NCBI GenBank assembly: GCA_963668025.2
Contig: CAXXTH010000018.1
Span: 128,001 to 192,000 of the forward strand
DNA: 64,000 nt
Direction: 5' to 3'
DNA from: Candidatus Hydrogenedentota bacterium
Lineage (GTDB): Bacteria > Hydrogenedentota > Hydrogenedentia > Hydrogenedentales > SLHB01
The position numbers were made by a program, and so were the translations under genes. Under the pieces are notes generated by a model. That model saw nothing but the letters and a program-made list of their open reading frames with translations, searched no databases and had not been told where the DNA came from. Below, piece by piece: positions 1 to 10,026 of this stretch; positions within the stretch are counted from its first letter, which is position 1, and the number at the start of each line of letters is the position of its first letter.

Positions 1-1068
1 AGTGTTTCGGGCCACTTCCAATTCATCCTGCTCCAGCTCTTGTTTCGTGACGAAATCTTTCTCCCGAAGCCGTTTCGTGCCTTCTAGATCCGTCTTGGCC
101 AGTTCGAGTTCTTGTTGTGAAAGAAGGGCGTCGCTCTGCAACTTGCGGAGTTTTTCCTGGGCCTCGCCATCTCCTAATTTCGCAGGATCCGCATATTGCA
201 TAAAATTGATCGGCGGATGGGGAATGGCTACCGTGCTCGATATGGAAATGTCCGAATCCACATCCGTATTTTCCTTCTCCTTTAGAACAATATTTTCGCC
301 TTCTTCGTTGCCTGCTTCGTCCCCTTTTTCCTCTTGCTTGCCATTCGAATCATCCGTAGTTTCAAAACTTGCCTTCTGCAATACAAGCCCCGATTCATTT
401 TTTTCGGAGTCTGCCGAATCTTGTTTTACCGTCCGATCCACTGCGATGTTTGAAGGAGGGGTAGGAGTAGAAACCGGAGCCGTATCCTGCCGTGGTTTTA
501 AGATATCGACATTATCTAAACCAATCGTACGTAAAATGTCATTGGCGGATTCCGCGCCAAGGTATTTTTCGAAATCCATTCGAGCGAATTTGACAAGCAA
601 TTCGGCTTCGCGAATATCACTTTCATTTTGTTTGATCTGGATTTCATATTGTTTAGTCGCTTCCGTATAAGACGCAAGGGAACTCTGATATTCGATTTCC
701 TGTTGAGTGGCGCGCTCTTCCAACTCCGAACTATCCAGAGTCACCAAGACCTTTTTGTCTTTTACGTCTTGTTCTGTAACCTGATAACCTTCATCCACAA
801 TCGTGAGAATCTTGGTTTGTCCGGGGACTTCACACACAAGCTTCTGTGATTCTTCTGCTTTGATGCTTCCACCTTCGGTGACCGCGATGGTCAAATCACC
901 TCGTTTGACATCGAAGGTAGTGCCATTCATGTTTTGGGGGCCTGTTTGGCGGAATGGGAGATATATGGCAACGGCAATAGCCGCCAGAATGCCTACTTTT
1001 ACAAATAGGCCTTTGCGCCCCCCGAGAAAGCGTCTCGATAGGCGAGTCTTCTCAGGATTCGATGTCAT
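1..1068 (-). CDS. Efflux RND transporter periplasmic adaptor (HlyD-like), partial; runs off the left window edge
   Basis: Manual minus-strand translation from ATG at 1068: N-terminal TM, then VKRGDLTIAVTEGGSIKA...CEVPGQTKILTIVDEG...LVTLDSSEL and a coiled coil. Overlaps the tolC-like stop. Missing from the ORF track because its stop lies outside the window. Confidence 0.85.
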   Translation of the reverse strand, partial: MTSNPEKTRLSRRFLGGRKGLFVKVGILAAIAVAIYLPFRQTGPQNMNGTTFDVKRGDLTIAVTEGGSIKAEESQKLVCEVPGQTKILTIVDEGYQVTEQDVKDKKVLVTLDSSELEERATQQEIEYQSSLASYTEATKQYEIQIKQNESDIREAELLVKFARMDFEKYLGAESANDILRTIGLDNVDILKPRQDTAPVSTPTPPSNIAVDRTVKQDSADSEKNESGLVLQKASFETTDDSNGKQEEKGDEAGNEEGENIVLKEKENTDVDSDISISSTVAIPHPPINFMQYADPAKLGDGEAQEKLRKLQSDALLSQQELELAKTDLEGTKRLREKDFVTKQELEQDELEVARNT

Positions 1069-2935
1069 CGCTTACGTCCTCCCATTGGCCATTTTCTTTG
1101 ATGAATAGAATGCCCATGTCCCGCCAAAATTCGAGCCGTGCGATCGTGTGGGCCACCAGCGCATTCGTAAGCTCATTTCTGGCGGAGGTCAAGTCATTTT
1201 GGGCGTCTACAAGATTCAAGGCATTGCCCCGGCCGAGTTCGGACAGCAGGGACTGTTCCGCTACACGGTCTTCGTTGATTCGAACGCCAATCTGGCGGAT
1301 ATCGTATGTCTGCCGGGCTTGGTCTAGAGAACGCCATGCGTCACGCACCTCTAGCTTGATATCATCAATGCCAAGCTCCAAATTTCTTTTGGCGCGCTCA
1401 TATTGAATGAGCGCGGAGCGGTATTCGTTTCGCTCTGATTTACGGTCGAGGGGCAGCTCCAGATCGATTCCCACCCCGGCTTTCGTGCGTTGGAAGTCTA
1501 ATTCCTGGAATCGATCTCCAGGCTTGCTGTCAACTTGTGCATCAATGTTTAGGTCCAAGTCGGGAAGCAAGCTGTTTTTTTGCACTTCGACCTGCCTGCT
1601 GGCGTCTTCCACGGCATCCTTCGTGTTATATAAGTCAAGACGGCTGTTGAGGGCCACTTTGATGGCGTCATCGGAAGAGATGCGCCACTCCACGAGGCCT
1701 TGCTCTTTCAAGCGAACCAGCTCGCCCAGATCAAGCGCCAGGCTGCTGTCCACTGGGAGGCCTAGCATAATCTTGAATTCATCCAGGCTCTGTTTATATT
1801 GGCTGATGGAATCGTTCCAGCCGTTTTTCGCGTTCAGTTCCGCTTGCTCGACGCGCCGCAGATCGGATGTTTTTTCCCGTCCTTCGGCGACAAATGCGCG
1901 GTCGCGCTCGGCGCTTTCTTTGAAGGCCAAATAGCTCAAATAGTTATTGTTGAGTTCGTCCCGCTGCTGTAGCACGCTATAATAAGATGACGCGACTTGC
2001 ACCGAGAAAGTCTTCCGATAATGGGTATAGGAACGAAGATCATACAGCACATCGCGTTCCGCTTGCGTGAGCCTTTCCGCGGCCACTTTACTGCCAGCGC
2101 CTCGCAGGATTGGCTGGGTGAATGTGGCGATAAGGGCTGAATTCGTGCTGACACGCGAATCGCCTGTCAGGAAACGTAGAAAATTGGACGTAATATCCAC
2201 GGCTATCCGGCCGCCGCCTTTCAGCAAGAGATCCACCCCGGCATTGGTTTGGCCGCTTACACTGCGTTCATCCCGAATATTCAGATCCGGCTGGTCCAGT
2301 TCCGACACGGCAACGGCTTCTTCTACAAGACTGGAATAACGGGAAAGCAACGCAGCAGGAGTTCCCACCAGGCCTCCAATTTGATTCACCATATCCGGAG
2401 CCGCTTGGGCCATGGCCGCCGTGGTGGATAGTTCATACACGTCGTTGGTGGAACGATCATATGAGCTCGAAGCGCCACCGGAAAAAATAGGGGTGTACTG
2501 GTGCCGGGTCAACGTCAGATTCAATACGGATAGGTACAAGGATTCTTTTTGATTCTGATAGGAACGGTTGTGTTTCACCGCAAGATCAAGGGCTTTCTCC
2601 AACGAGATGATGGATGCGCCTACCTCGGAATCCGCTAATTCACCCAAGGCGTCGTCTTTTTCCGCTACTTTTGGAAGCCCTTCCAAGCCAGGCGGCGGAG
2701 CGGGCTCAATCGTAAATTTGGGTTCCATATTAGGCACATCAGAAGCCTTGTCCTCAACTATCTTATAGACTTCCTTGTCCGCGGATTCCCGGAAATGAGT
2801 AGTCGAGCAGCTCAACGCGCCTAAAAGCACGGACAACACGGCGGCATAAGAAATAACGTTCCTATACAGCCCGTTTGTTCTATTACAGGTCGATCTAATC
2901 ACTTTGGAGAAAATCCTCTCCGTTTGTACGTGCAT
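1052..2935 (-). CDS. TolC-family outer membrane efflux protein (probable lipoprotein)
   Basis: ISLEKALDLAVKHN, FTQPILRGAG, LVDAQNDLTSARN-type OEP repeats; LGALSC lipobox. Start uncertain (ORF is open to 3007). Confidence 0.88.
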   Translation of the reverse strand: MHVQTERIFSKVIRSTCNRTNGLYRNVISYAAVLSVLLGALSCSTTHFRESADKEVYKIVEDKASDVPNMEPKFTIEPAPPPGLEGLPKVAEKDDALGELADSEVGASIISLEKALDLAVKHNRSYQNQKESLYLSVLNLTLTRHQYTPIFSGGASSSYDRSTNDVYELSTTAAMAQAAPDMVNQIGGLVGTPAALLSRYSSLVEEAVAVSELDQPDLNIRDERSVSGQTNAGVDLLLKGGGRIAVDITSNFLRFLTGDSRVSTNSALIATFTQPILRGAGSKVAAERLTQAERDVLYDLRSYTHYRKTFSVQVASSYYSVLQQRDELNNNYLSYLAFKESAERDRAFVAEGREKTSDLRRVEQAELNAKNGWNDSISQYKQSLDEFKIMLGLPVDSSLALDLGELVRLKEQGLVEWRISSDDAIKVALNSRLDLYNTKDAVEDASRQVEVQKNSLLPDLDLNIDAQVDSKPGDRFQELDFQRTKAGVGIDLELPLDRKSERNEYRSALIQYERAKRNLELGIDDIKLEVRDAWRSLDQARQTYDIRQIGVRINEDRVAEQSLLSELGRGNALNLVDAQNDLTSARNELTNALVAHTIARLEFWRDMGILFIKENGQWEDVSDDIES

Positions 2936-3325
2936 TTGACGATTCAAACGCAGCCCCGGCCTTTGGCCGAAATACTTTTCCACCAGGTTTGGAGTGATTA
3001 GCGCCAATGCGCCCCATCTTGAATTCGAAACACAACTGTGCCTTCCGCCTTATTAATGTCCATTTCATGAAAAAAGTTCCCATATTCATTCAGAATATGG
3101 AGTATTAGCCCAATCTCACAAAAGTGTATTGATTTCAATGGCTTATCCCTGCCAAACGTACAACCGCGCACAGTGTATGCCCGAATAGCAAAGATAATTA
3201 TGATAATTCCACGATTACAGCAGCATGTTCCAGCACACGACTAATTCAAGTATGCCCGAAATGATTGCATGCCATACTGGGCCTGATGGTATGGCGCAGC
3301 ATCCTTACCGATCACGTCGTTATAA

Positions 3326-4125
3326 TCAGGAAACACCATCTTCAGGTTTGCGCGGAATGCCAAGTGATTTGAGAAACGCATCTATATCGAATTCAGGGTT
3401 GGGCGCGCTTTGTTCAGGGTGGAAACGGAGCGGATTACGGATATACGCCCGCTGGCAAGACGGGCATAAATCGAGTTTGAAGCCTTTATATACCGTGGCT
3501 TCGATTTCGCGCGGATCTTTTTCTTTCATGCGTTCGACAAGCTGGGCCATTTCGGTGCGATGATCTCGCAGTAAAAAACCACGCCCAGAGGACGTGGCTT
3601 TGCTTTGGCCACTCAGAGAGTGGCTGAGTGCTTGCACCCAGAGGATGCAAGCGTGGGTTGTGTTCCGCAACGCCGCTTGGTTCAATACTTCATTTTTAGC
3701 TATTCATCGTGACGTTCCGTTTCTTCCTGGAACTTCACGTACTTGCTGCCCACATAACGTTTGGATACAGGTGTAAACCTCCTTGCCCACCGGTCCCGTC
3801 AAAACCCGGTAGCAATATTTGGGAGCCCATACCATGTGATATTGGCAATACCATATCGCATATGATGATTTGCGGAAACGACTCATTGGCATCTCCTTTT
3901 CGGTGTTGCGGAACAACACGAGTGTAGGAGATGCCGATGGGCTTAAACAGGCTGAGCCAAAGGCCCTATGACCACGTCCAAAGGACGTGGGTTTTTAGGT
4001 CGCACTAAATCCAGCAGCGTGATTTCGAGTTGATCATAAGCGGCGCGCACATCGATTTTCACCGTGTACCGCAAATCGCCCTGCTTCATTTCCTTGCCAC
4101 AGCCGTCACAACGGAATCTGATCAT
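3326..4125 (-). pseudogene. Small CxxC...CxxC (Zn-ribbon-like) protein gene split by an IS200-derived element
   Basis: 5' part MIRFRCDGCGK...LLDLVR (4000-4125) joins in frame to DHRTEMAQ...LCPSCQRAYIRNP (3326-3565) once 3571-3999 and one TCGCA copy are removed. Confidence 0.8.
3571..3999 (-). mobile_element. tnpA: Internally deleted, non-autonomous IS200/IS605-family element
   Basis: TnpA N-terminus MSRFRKSSYAIWYCQYHMVWAPKY fused out of frame to C-terminal KYVKFQEE; the HUH core is missing. Subterminal hairpins CCACGCCCAGAGGACGTGG (3579-3597) and CCACGTCCAAAGGACGTGG (3972-3990). Confidence 0.85.
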
Positions 4126-4412
4126 GATACAGCCACTCCACAGCCTGCCTTAACCAGTATACATCAAATGCCGTTCTCGTATCGCGGCTCTAGAAGAACT
4201 ACAAATAGACGCGATCTGCTCATACGAAAGGCAAGGTTTATCTTGAATCCTATTTCACGCGAAACCGCCAAGCACGCGAAGATTTTAAAAAACCAACGGC
4301 AGGAATGCCTCAGTACATCCTATATCGTGGCCATTCGTGGTGCAAAAATGATGAACATGGAAATGTGCGATTGGAGCACGCATAATGAAGGCATCACACA
4401 AACAAGCGGGAT

Positions 4413-5774
4413 TTGAAACGCATGAACATTATTCTGGTTATTTTTGATTCGTTGCGCAAGGATTGTATCAGCGCGTATGGAAAGCCGCCGTGGGGGCGTA
4501 TCGATACCCCACATTTCGAGGCATTTTCTAGAGAATCACTCATTATGACTCGGGCGTTCCCAGAATCGCTGCCGGGCCTCCCGGCGCGCCGGGCCATTTA
4601 CACAGGGAAGCGGGCGTATCCATTCCATCCTGGCGGCATGCCTCCGAAAAACTGCTCGCCTGGATGGGGGCCTATTCCGGAAAACCAAGCCACATTGGCG
4701 GAAATTCTCAGCGAGGCCGGTTACCGTACTGGACTCATCTCGGACATGTACCACCAATTCGCGCCATCCGGGAATTACTGGCGGGGTTTCGACCAATGGA
4801 TGTTCTTGCGCGGCCAGGAACTTGATCCCGCGCGCTCGGGGCCCGAGCTTTCGCAAGCGGAACTGGATCAATGGCTTCCTCGGGAAATGCAGCACGACGA
4901 CAGCATCCGGTTCATCCGCCATTGCGTCCTCAACATGCGTGACCGGCGGTATGAAGAGGATTACTTTGCTCCACGGGTGTTTCGTGAGGCCGCGTTATGG
5001 CTCGAACAAAATCAGGACGCCGCCCGCTTCTTTCTCACGGTCGAGTGTTTTGATCCCCATGAGCCATGGCTTACGCCTCCGCATTATCTCCGGCGGTATA
5101 TGCCTAGCCCATCGCATGAGGCGCTGCGTTCGAACTACGCGGATGATGCGTTAAACGCGGAATTATATCAGCGCACCCAGGCCAACTACAGCGCGAATGT
5201 GGCGCTCTGCGACCGGTGGTTCGGCTTTTTCCTGGAGCAGATGCGGGTGTTGGGACGGCTTGAGGACACCCTCCTCATTGTCACTTCCGATCATGGGCAT
5301 TCCATCGGCGAGCAAGGCTATTGCGGAAAACGGGGGCATCCATCCCGGCCGGAAGTGCTTGAAACGCCGCTCTTGCTGCGGTTCCCTAGCGGCGACCATG
5401 GCGGCAAAACGAGCGATATGCTCGTGCAGCATGTAGACATCGCCGGGGTCATTCTCAAAGCGGCCGACGTCTTGCCGCCGCGTCCCATTGATGGCGAATC
5501 GTTTGTCGAGAATGCTTTACTGGGCAATCCCGGCCCACGCACTCACGTCACCATAGGATGGGGCGCGGACGTAACCGTTATCACCAAACGCTGGTGGTTC
5601 AATTGCACGGTATTGGGAACCAAACGGCTCTTGTACGATTTACAATCGCCACGGCCTTTCGATGCGAATGTGGCCGAACACTATCCAGATGTGCTGGAAA
5701 AGTTATTCGCCATCGCCGTGCAAGACGCGGGCGGCGCGTTCCCGAGCTCGCTGCTGGAAGAAGCGCGGCGTTAG
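4413..5774 (+). CDS. Sulfatase-like (alkaline phosphatase superfamily) protein
   Basis: NIILVIFDSLRKD, PARRAIYTG, FDPHEPW, VTSDHG motifs. The usual Cys/Ser nucleophile position is Gly. Confidence 0.85.
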   Translation: MKRMNIILVIFDSLRKDCISAYGKPPWGRIDTPHFEAFSRESLIMTRAFPESLPGLPARRAIYTGKRAYPFHPGGMPPKNCSPGWGPIPENQATLAEILSEAGYRTGLISDMYHQFAPSGNYWRGFDQWMFLRGQELDPARSGPELSQAELDQWLPREMQHDDSIRFIRHCVLNMRDRRYEEDYFAPRVFREAALWLEQNQDAARFFLTVECFDPHEPWLTPPHYLRRYMPSPSHEALRSNYADDALNAELYQRTQANYSANVALCDRWFGFFLEQMRVLGRLEDTLLIVTSDHGHSIGEQGYCGKRGHPSRPEVLETPLLLRFPSGDHGGKTSDMLVQHVDIAGVILKAADVLPPRPIDGESFVENALLGNPGPRTHVTIGWGADVTVITKRWWFNCTVLGTKRLLYDLQSPRPFDANVAEHYPDVLEKLFAIAVQDAGGAFPSSLLEEARR

Positions 5775-5777
5775 GCA

Positions 5778-5807
5778 GGGTTTAGGGTTTAGGGTTTAGG
5801 GTTTAGG
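5778..5807. repeat. (GGGTTTA)4 heptamer tandem repeat; potential G-quadruplex
   Basis: gggtttagggtttagggtttagggtttagg fills the gap between two convergent stop codons. Confidence 0.9.
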
Positions 5808-6673
5808 CTTCGGAGGCTGGCGATGACGCCTCGGGCTGTTCTTCCTTGGGTTCCGCTTTAGGCTCTTCTTTGACTGGTTCTGGCTCGGCTTCGGCTTCCA
5901 TGGGGGCTTTCGCGGCCACTTCCGCGATGTCCGAGGCGGGTATAACAACCGAGGTCATATCAGGGCCGCTCGATGTGTCGCTCGTTGTATCCGTGTAGCG
6001 CTGGACGACCATGCCAATGCAGCCGCCATCGAGTGCGAAAACGGGAGCGCCCAGGAAATTGGGACTGGTCTCAGTCGGCAGCACATAGGTGCGCCGGGGC
6101 TTCTCGACCATGGCCTCGATGCGTGACAGGGAACCCGCGCAAGCGCGCCGGGCGACTTTTCCCAAACGGTGCAGCACAAGGGCATGGTCTAGTACTTGCA
6201 CTTGCCCCGCCTTGGCAAGATCGACATAGGGGAACGGCTCGGCGGCAGGCTGGACCGGGCGGATAAACGCCAAATCGAGATCTTTGTCACGCAGCACAAT
6301 CTTGCCCGGCACTTCCTTGCGGTCGCCCAGCACAATTGTCAATTCCTTCACGCGGGTGTCAATCTGCAAACCTTCCAGTTCTCCAGCCATGGACCCCATA
6401 AAATTCTGCAACGCGCTGGCAGGATCCGTGGAGAATAACGAAACGACCGTCAACCCGTCCGCGCCGATAATGGTTCCCGTGACCTCGGTCACACTCTCTT
6501 CTTCCTGGGTGCCCGTGCCTGGCATGGACATCTTCATGCTCATCACCAAGCGCACCGTGGCGACGGCGTTCGAGGATGCATCGAAAATGGCCCGGCCCGC
6601 TTGTGCGATATCATCCGCAAACGAAACAAACGGCATGCAGACAGCCAACACCACCAGCGCGGAAATCCGCTTC
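5803..6673 (-). CDS. Secreted trypsin-like (S1C-like) domain protein, probably catalytically inactive
   Basis: Signal peptide MKRISALVVLAVCMPFVSFA; GTIIGADGL, DKDLDLAFIRP, GAPVFALDGGCIG. No His or Ser at the expected positions. Confidence 0.7.
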
Positions 6674-6928
6674 ATAAGGCTCATCCTCTCAGGGGGAAAA
6701 TTCGCCGGGAATACCGGCATGTATTCAGGCCGCGCCCCATACGCTATAGCCATCTCCCGTGCGCCATCACACGGGAAACTCCATACTACAGGGTTTGCAC
6801 GGATGGTTCAATTAGTCAAATCCATCCCTGCTCGCCACATAAATGGAATGTTTTCAAGCGTATGCACATAATAACCATAGATATCTACACGTATGTATTC
6901 AACGGCTCCATCATTTTGGGTGAAAGCA

Positions 6929-6978
6929 CGTAGCATGGGCGTCCCGCCCATGCACATGGCCGGGACGGCCATGCTACG
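6929..6978. repeat. GTAG-type REP doublet (palindrome)
   Basis: cgtagcatgggcgtcccgcccatg / catggccgggacggccatgctacg form an inverted pair. Confidence 0.75.
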
Positions 6979-7063
6979 AGGAGTGCATATCTCTGCTCTC
7001 TTATCTGATGATCAGGGATCCATGTAATCTAAAACAACTCGATCTTTATCTTTTTTTTGCCTC

Positions 7064-7100
7064 TTGACAAATAGTCACTGTTTATATAAGTTATACACAG
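7064..7100 (+). promoter_or_regulatory. Sigma70-type promoter overlapped by a YtrA/GntR-type operator
   Basis: TTGACA at 7064; inverted repeat CTGTTTATA-N5-TATACACAG (7078-7100) just before the GntR ATG. Confidence 0.7.
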
Positions 7101-7103
7101 CAT

Positions 7104-7502
7104 ATGGACCAAGCTAAGCACATAACGTTGCCCCCCGTTTCCGCGGCGGCTCCGGGGCCCCTCTACGTGCAGATCGTCGAGGGCGTCAAACGCGAGGTGA
7201 GCGAAGGCCGGCTACAGCCCGGCCAGGCGCTGCCGTCGTTCCGCGCCTTGGCCGAGGAGCTCATGGTCAGCCTCATCACCGTGAAGCGGGCTTATGAGGA
7301 ATTGGAACGAGCGGGCATCATCTACCGCAAACAAGGCCTGGGCACGTATGTCAGTGACAACGGCGCGGCGCGCAGCCGTTCGGAGAAGGAGGCGCGCGCG
7401 GCCGAGTGGATTCGGGAAGGGCTTCGGGAAGGCCGCGAAGCCGGTTTATCACACGAGGAATTGGAGGCGCTCATCCAGCGGGAGCTGGACGAATGGGAGT
7501 AA
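7104..7502 (+). CDS. GntR family transcriptional regulator, YtrA subfamily
   Basis: PLYVQIVE...LPSFRALAEEL.VSLITVKRAYEELERAGIIYRKQGLGTYV; short C-terminal domain; followed by an ABC ATPase. Confidence 0.93.
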   Translation: MDQAKHITLPPVSAAAPGPLYVQIVEGVKREVSEGRLQPGQALPSFRALAEELMVSLITVKRAYEELERAGIIYRKQGLGTYVSDNGAARSRSEKEARAAEWIREGLREGREAGLSHEELEALIQRELDEWE

Positions 7503-7518
7503 CCATAAGGAGGCGGTC

Positions 7519-8403
7519 ATGAGCAATCAAGCAGTACTAGAAATTCGCGGACTCGAGAAACGGTTCGGGGCCTTCCATCTGGGGCCGATGGACATGACGG
7601 TGCCCGAGGGGGCCATCTATGGCTACGTGGGCCCGAACGGTGCGGGCAAGACCACCACCATCGACCTCATCATGGGCATGGGCGCGAAGGACGCCGGGAG
7701 CATCCGTGTCTTCGGGATGGACCACCTTCAAGAGGAAGTGGCCGTCAAACTGAAGGTGGGGTATGTCAGCCCCGACCTGTCGTACAACGCCTGGGGCAAG
7801 GTCTACAAGCTCATCGCGTTCGTGCGCACCTTCTATCCCGATTGGGACGACGCCTATTGCGAGCAACTCCTCAAGCGCTTCCAGATCGGCTGGCGCGACC
7901 GCATCTCGACGCTCTCCTTCGGCTCGCGCACGAAACTCGCCCTCGTCGTGGCCCTCTCCCACCGGCCCACCCTGCTCCTACTCGACGAACCGACCTCCGG
8001 CCTCGACGCCGTGGCGAAACGGGAACTCTTCGAGGAACTGCTCGACGCCGTACAGGACGAACAACGCACCGTCCTTATTTCCTCGCACAACCTCGACGAC
8101 GTGGAACGCTTCACGGACCATCTCGGCATCCTCTACAAAGGCCGCCTCATGCTCGAAGGCTCCACGTCCGAGTTGGTGTCGCGCTACCGCCTCATCGACT
8201 GCACCGTACCCGAGCTATTCAATCCCAGGGCCTTCGAAGCATTACGTCCCCAGCGGCAAGACGGCTCCCGCTGGCGTTTCCTCGCCGACATCACCAATGG
8301 CGCTCTGGAACAACTCAAAAACGCCGGCGCGACCCACATCACCGAAACGCCCGTGACCCTCGAAGACCTCTTCGTGGCGCTGGTCCGGGAAGACAACGCA
8401 TGA
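7519..8403 (+). CDS. ABC-2 type transporter ATP-binding protein (YtrB-like)
   Basis: Walker A GPNGAGKTT, signature LSFG, Walker B LLLLDEPT, ISSH; AAGGAGG RBS before ATG 7519. Confidence 0.93.
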   Translation: MSNQAVLEIRGLEKRFGAFHLGPMDMTVPEGAIYGYVGPNGAGKTTTIDLIMGMGAKDAGSIRVFGMDHLQEEVAVKLKVGYVSPDLSYNAWGKVYKLIAFVRTFYPDWDDAYCEQLLKRFQIGWRDRISTLSFGSRTKLALVVALSHRPTLLLLDEPTSGLDAVAKRELFEELLDAVQDEQRTVLISSHNLDDVERFTDHLGILYKGRLMLEGSTSELVSRYRLIDCTVPELFNPRAFEALRPQRQDGSRWRFLADITNGALEQLKNAGATHITETPVTLEDLFVALVREDNA

Positions 8404-8427
8404 ATGCGCATGCTGTGGCAATAGCTT

Positions 8428-8510
8428 CTCTGCGTCCTCAGTGTCTCTGTGGTGAAAACTCCGGATTATTCACCACAGAGACACAGAGAAACACATGCGA
8501 AACACAGAGG
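8428..8510. repeat. CACAGAG-family hairpin element, junction 1 of the permease array
   Basis: Arms gtgtctctgtggtgaa (8441-8456) and ttcaccacagagacac (8469-8484) around a tccgga loop. Confidence 0.85.
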
Positions 8511-8535
8511 AATTCAAACTGGAGCGGTAGAGCAA

Positions 8536-9873
8536 ATGCTAGTTCGTTTGATATTCGATACCTGGAAAAGATCGGTTATTCATTATGTAATAGCCTTTTG
8601 TATTTATTCCGTCATCGGATACTTCATTTTCAAAGCTGCTACAGAATGGAATACAGACTATATAGACATGTTCTTTTTTTTCACCTTTATTTTCTTGCCA
8701 GAGTCAGTTATAGGAGATCTAAGAGCATTTAAAGTTTTGCGTTCTTTGCCCATTTCAGTTTCCATGCTTGCTGTTTATAGATTTGCTCATTGTTTGGTTG
8801 GACCATTGACTTGGCTGCTCTTTGGAATTGGCTATCATTGCATAGCGCCAGAAACGCTTTCATTATTCTTTGTTTTTATAAGTACTTGCTTATTATCTTG
8901 TATTGCTCCTATTATATATTCTATGTTTTCTTGTTACCGTGAAACTATAATATATGCAATGTCACAAAGCAGAGCAATGATAAAAATTGCCGTCTTTCTT
9001 GTTATGTTTTCCCTCCTAATGAGCATGGTTATGGTGTCCGCTGTTTATTTAAGAAATGTTTTCTTAAGCTCTCAAACAATTAGCAGCTTTGGATGGCTCA
9101 AATTCTCTTTATTGTGTATCGGTTCCTTGATCTGTTTGCCAGTAGCGTTCACATATTATAGAAAGAGCTTACAAACATATAGTCCTGTATCTACAAAATT
9201 GGCATCTTCTTGTGGAAATCCTAACGTAAATGAAGAGATGTCCAGTTGTAACACCTTAGAACGTGATGAGGGGGTTATATTAGGTGTTTTTGGCGGAATG
9301 CTTTTTATTATATTTGAAGAGATTTTGTTAGCTATTTCTGCATATTGCATTCATTTCCTATATTTGGCCTCGATTTACATGATATCTTTGAGCACATCAC
9401 TTCTTATTGGCTATCTAAATTCGTTACGTACATATAGAAGCTTGCCGATTACGATCCAGTATCCCATATACCGATCACTCAAATTGCCCTTGATCTTCAC
9501 AGGGATATTTATCGTGGGATGTATTCCGTGGCTATTCATTTCAACGGATATAGCCATTGATGCGATACTAATCGCTATCATCAGTTTCTGCATGATGCTT
9601 GCATCTGCCCCTTTTAATTTTTCCCACCGTCGCCTTTACTCAGTCTCTATCGTAACGGGGACAATTGCTATAACATATCTCATATCCAGATTTGAACCAC
9701 ACATAGCTTTTCTGCAGCTTTATGAAGAAAATGGCCTGGTAGCCGCCATTTTGCTTGTTCTAGTATCACTAGGATTTCTAGTCTCGATAGCCATTTGGGG
9801 AGTCTATTCGCTCAAGCAAACGTGTTTAAAAAGCAGCGCTCCCTATAAAAACCAATTACCTGATAATCTGTAG
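8536..9873 (+). CDS. Multi-TM ABC permease-like membrane protein 1
   Basis: Two hydrophobic halves, each with an RSLP motif; C-terminal KSSAPY; visibly more AT-rich than the ATPase gene. Confidence 0.65.
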   Translation: MLVRLIFDTWKRSVIHYVIAFCIYSVIGYFIFKAATEWNTDYIDMFFFFTFIFLPESVIGDLRAFKVLRSLPISVSMLAVYRFAHCLVGPLTWLLFGIGYHCIAPETLSLFFVFISTCLLSCIAPIIYSMFSCYRETIIYAMSQSRAMIKIAVFLVMFSLLMSMVMVSAVYLRNVFLSSQTISSFGWLKFSLLCIGSLICLPVAFTYYRKSLQTYSPVSTKLASSCGNPNVNEEMSSCNTLERDEGVILGVFGGMLFIIFEEILLAISAYCIHFLYLASIYMISLSTSLLIGYLNSLRTYRSLPITIQYPIYRSLKLPLIFTGIFIVGCIPWLFISTDIAIDAILIAIISFCMMLASAPFNFSHRRLYSVSIVTGTIAITYLISRFEPHIAFLQLYEENGLVAAILLVLVSLGFLVSIAIWGVYSLKQTCLKSSAPYKNQLPDNL

Positions 9874-9919
9874 GCGATGCAACTTATGCATGATTGAGAA
9901 TTTGACAATAATAGATTGG

Positions 9920-9993
9920 CCTCTGTGGCTCTCTGTGTCTCTGTGGTGAACATTCCGGATCATTCACCACAGAGACACAGAGAAGCACAGAGG
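9920..9993. repeat. CACAGAG-family hairpin element, junction 2
   Basis: cctctgtggctctctgtgtctctgtggtgaa-cattccggatca-ttcaccacagagacacagagaagcacagagg. Confidence 0.88.
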
Positions 9994-10026
9994 AATTGCC
10001 GCTCAGCCTAGATAGGGAGATATTGC

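Noticed and set aside
5778-5807. Eukaryotic telomere contamination or contig end
   Set aside because: Only four units, embedded seamlessly between two bacterial stop codons.
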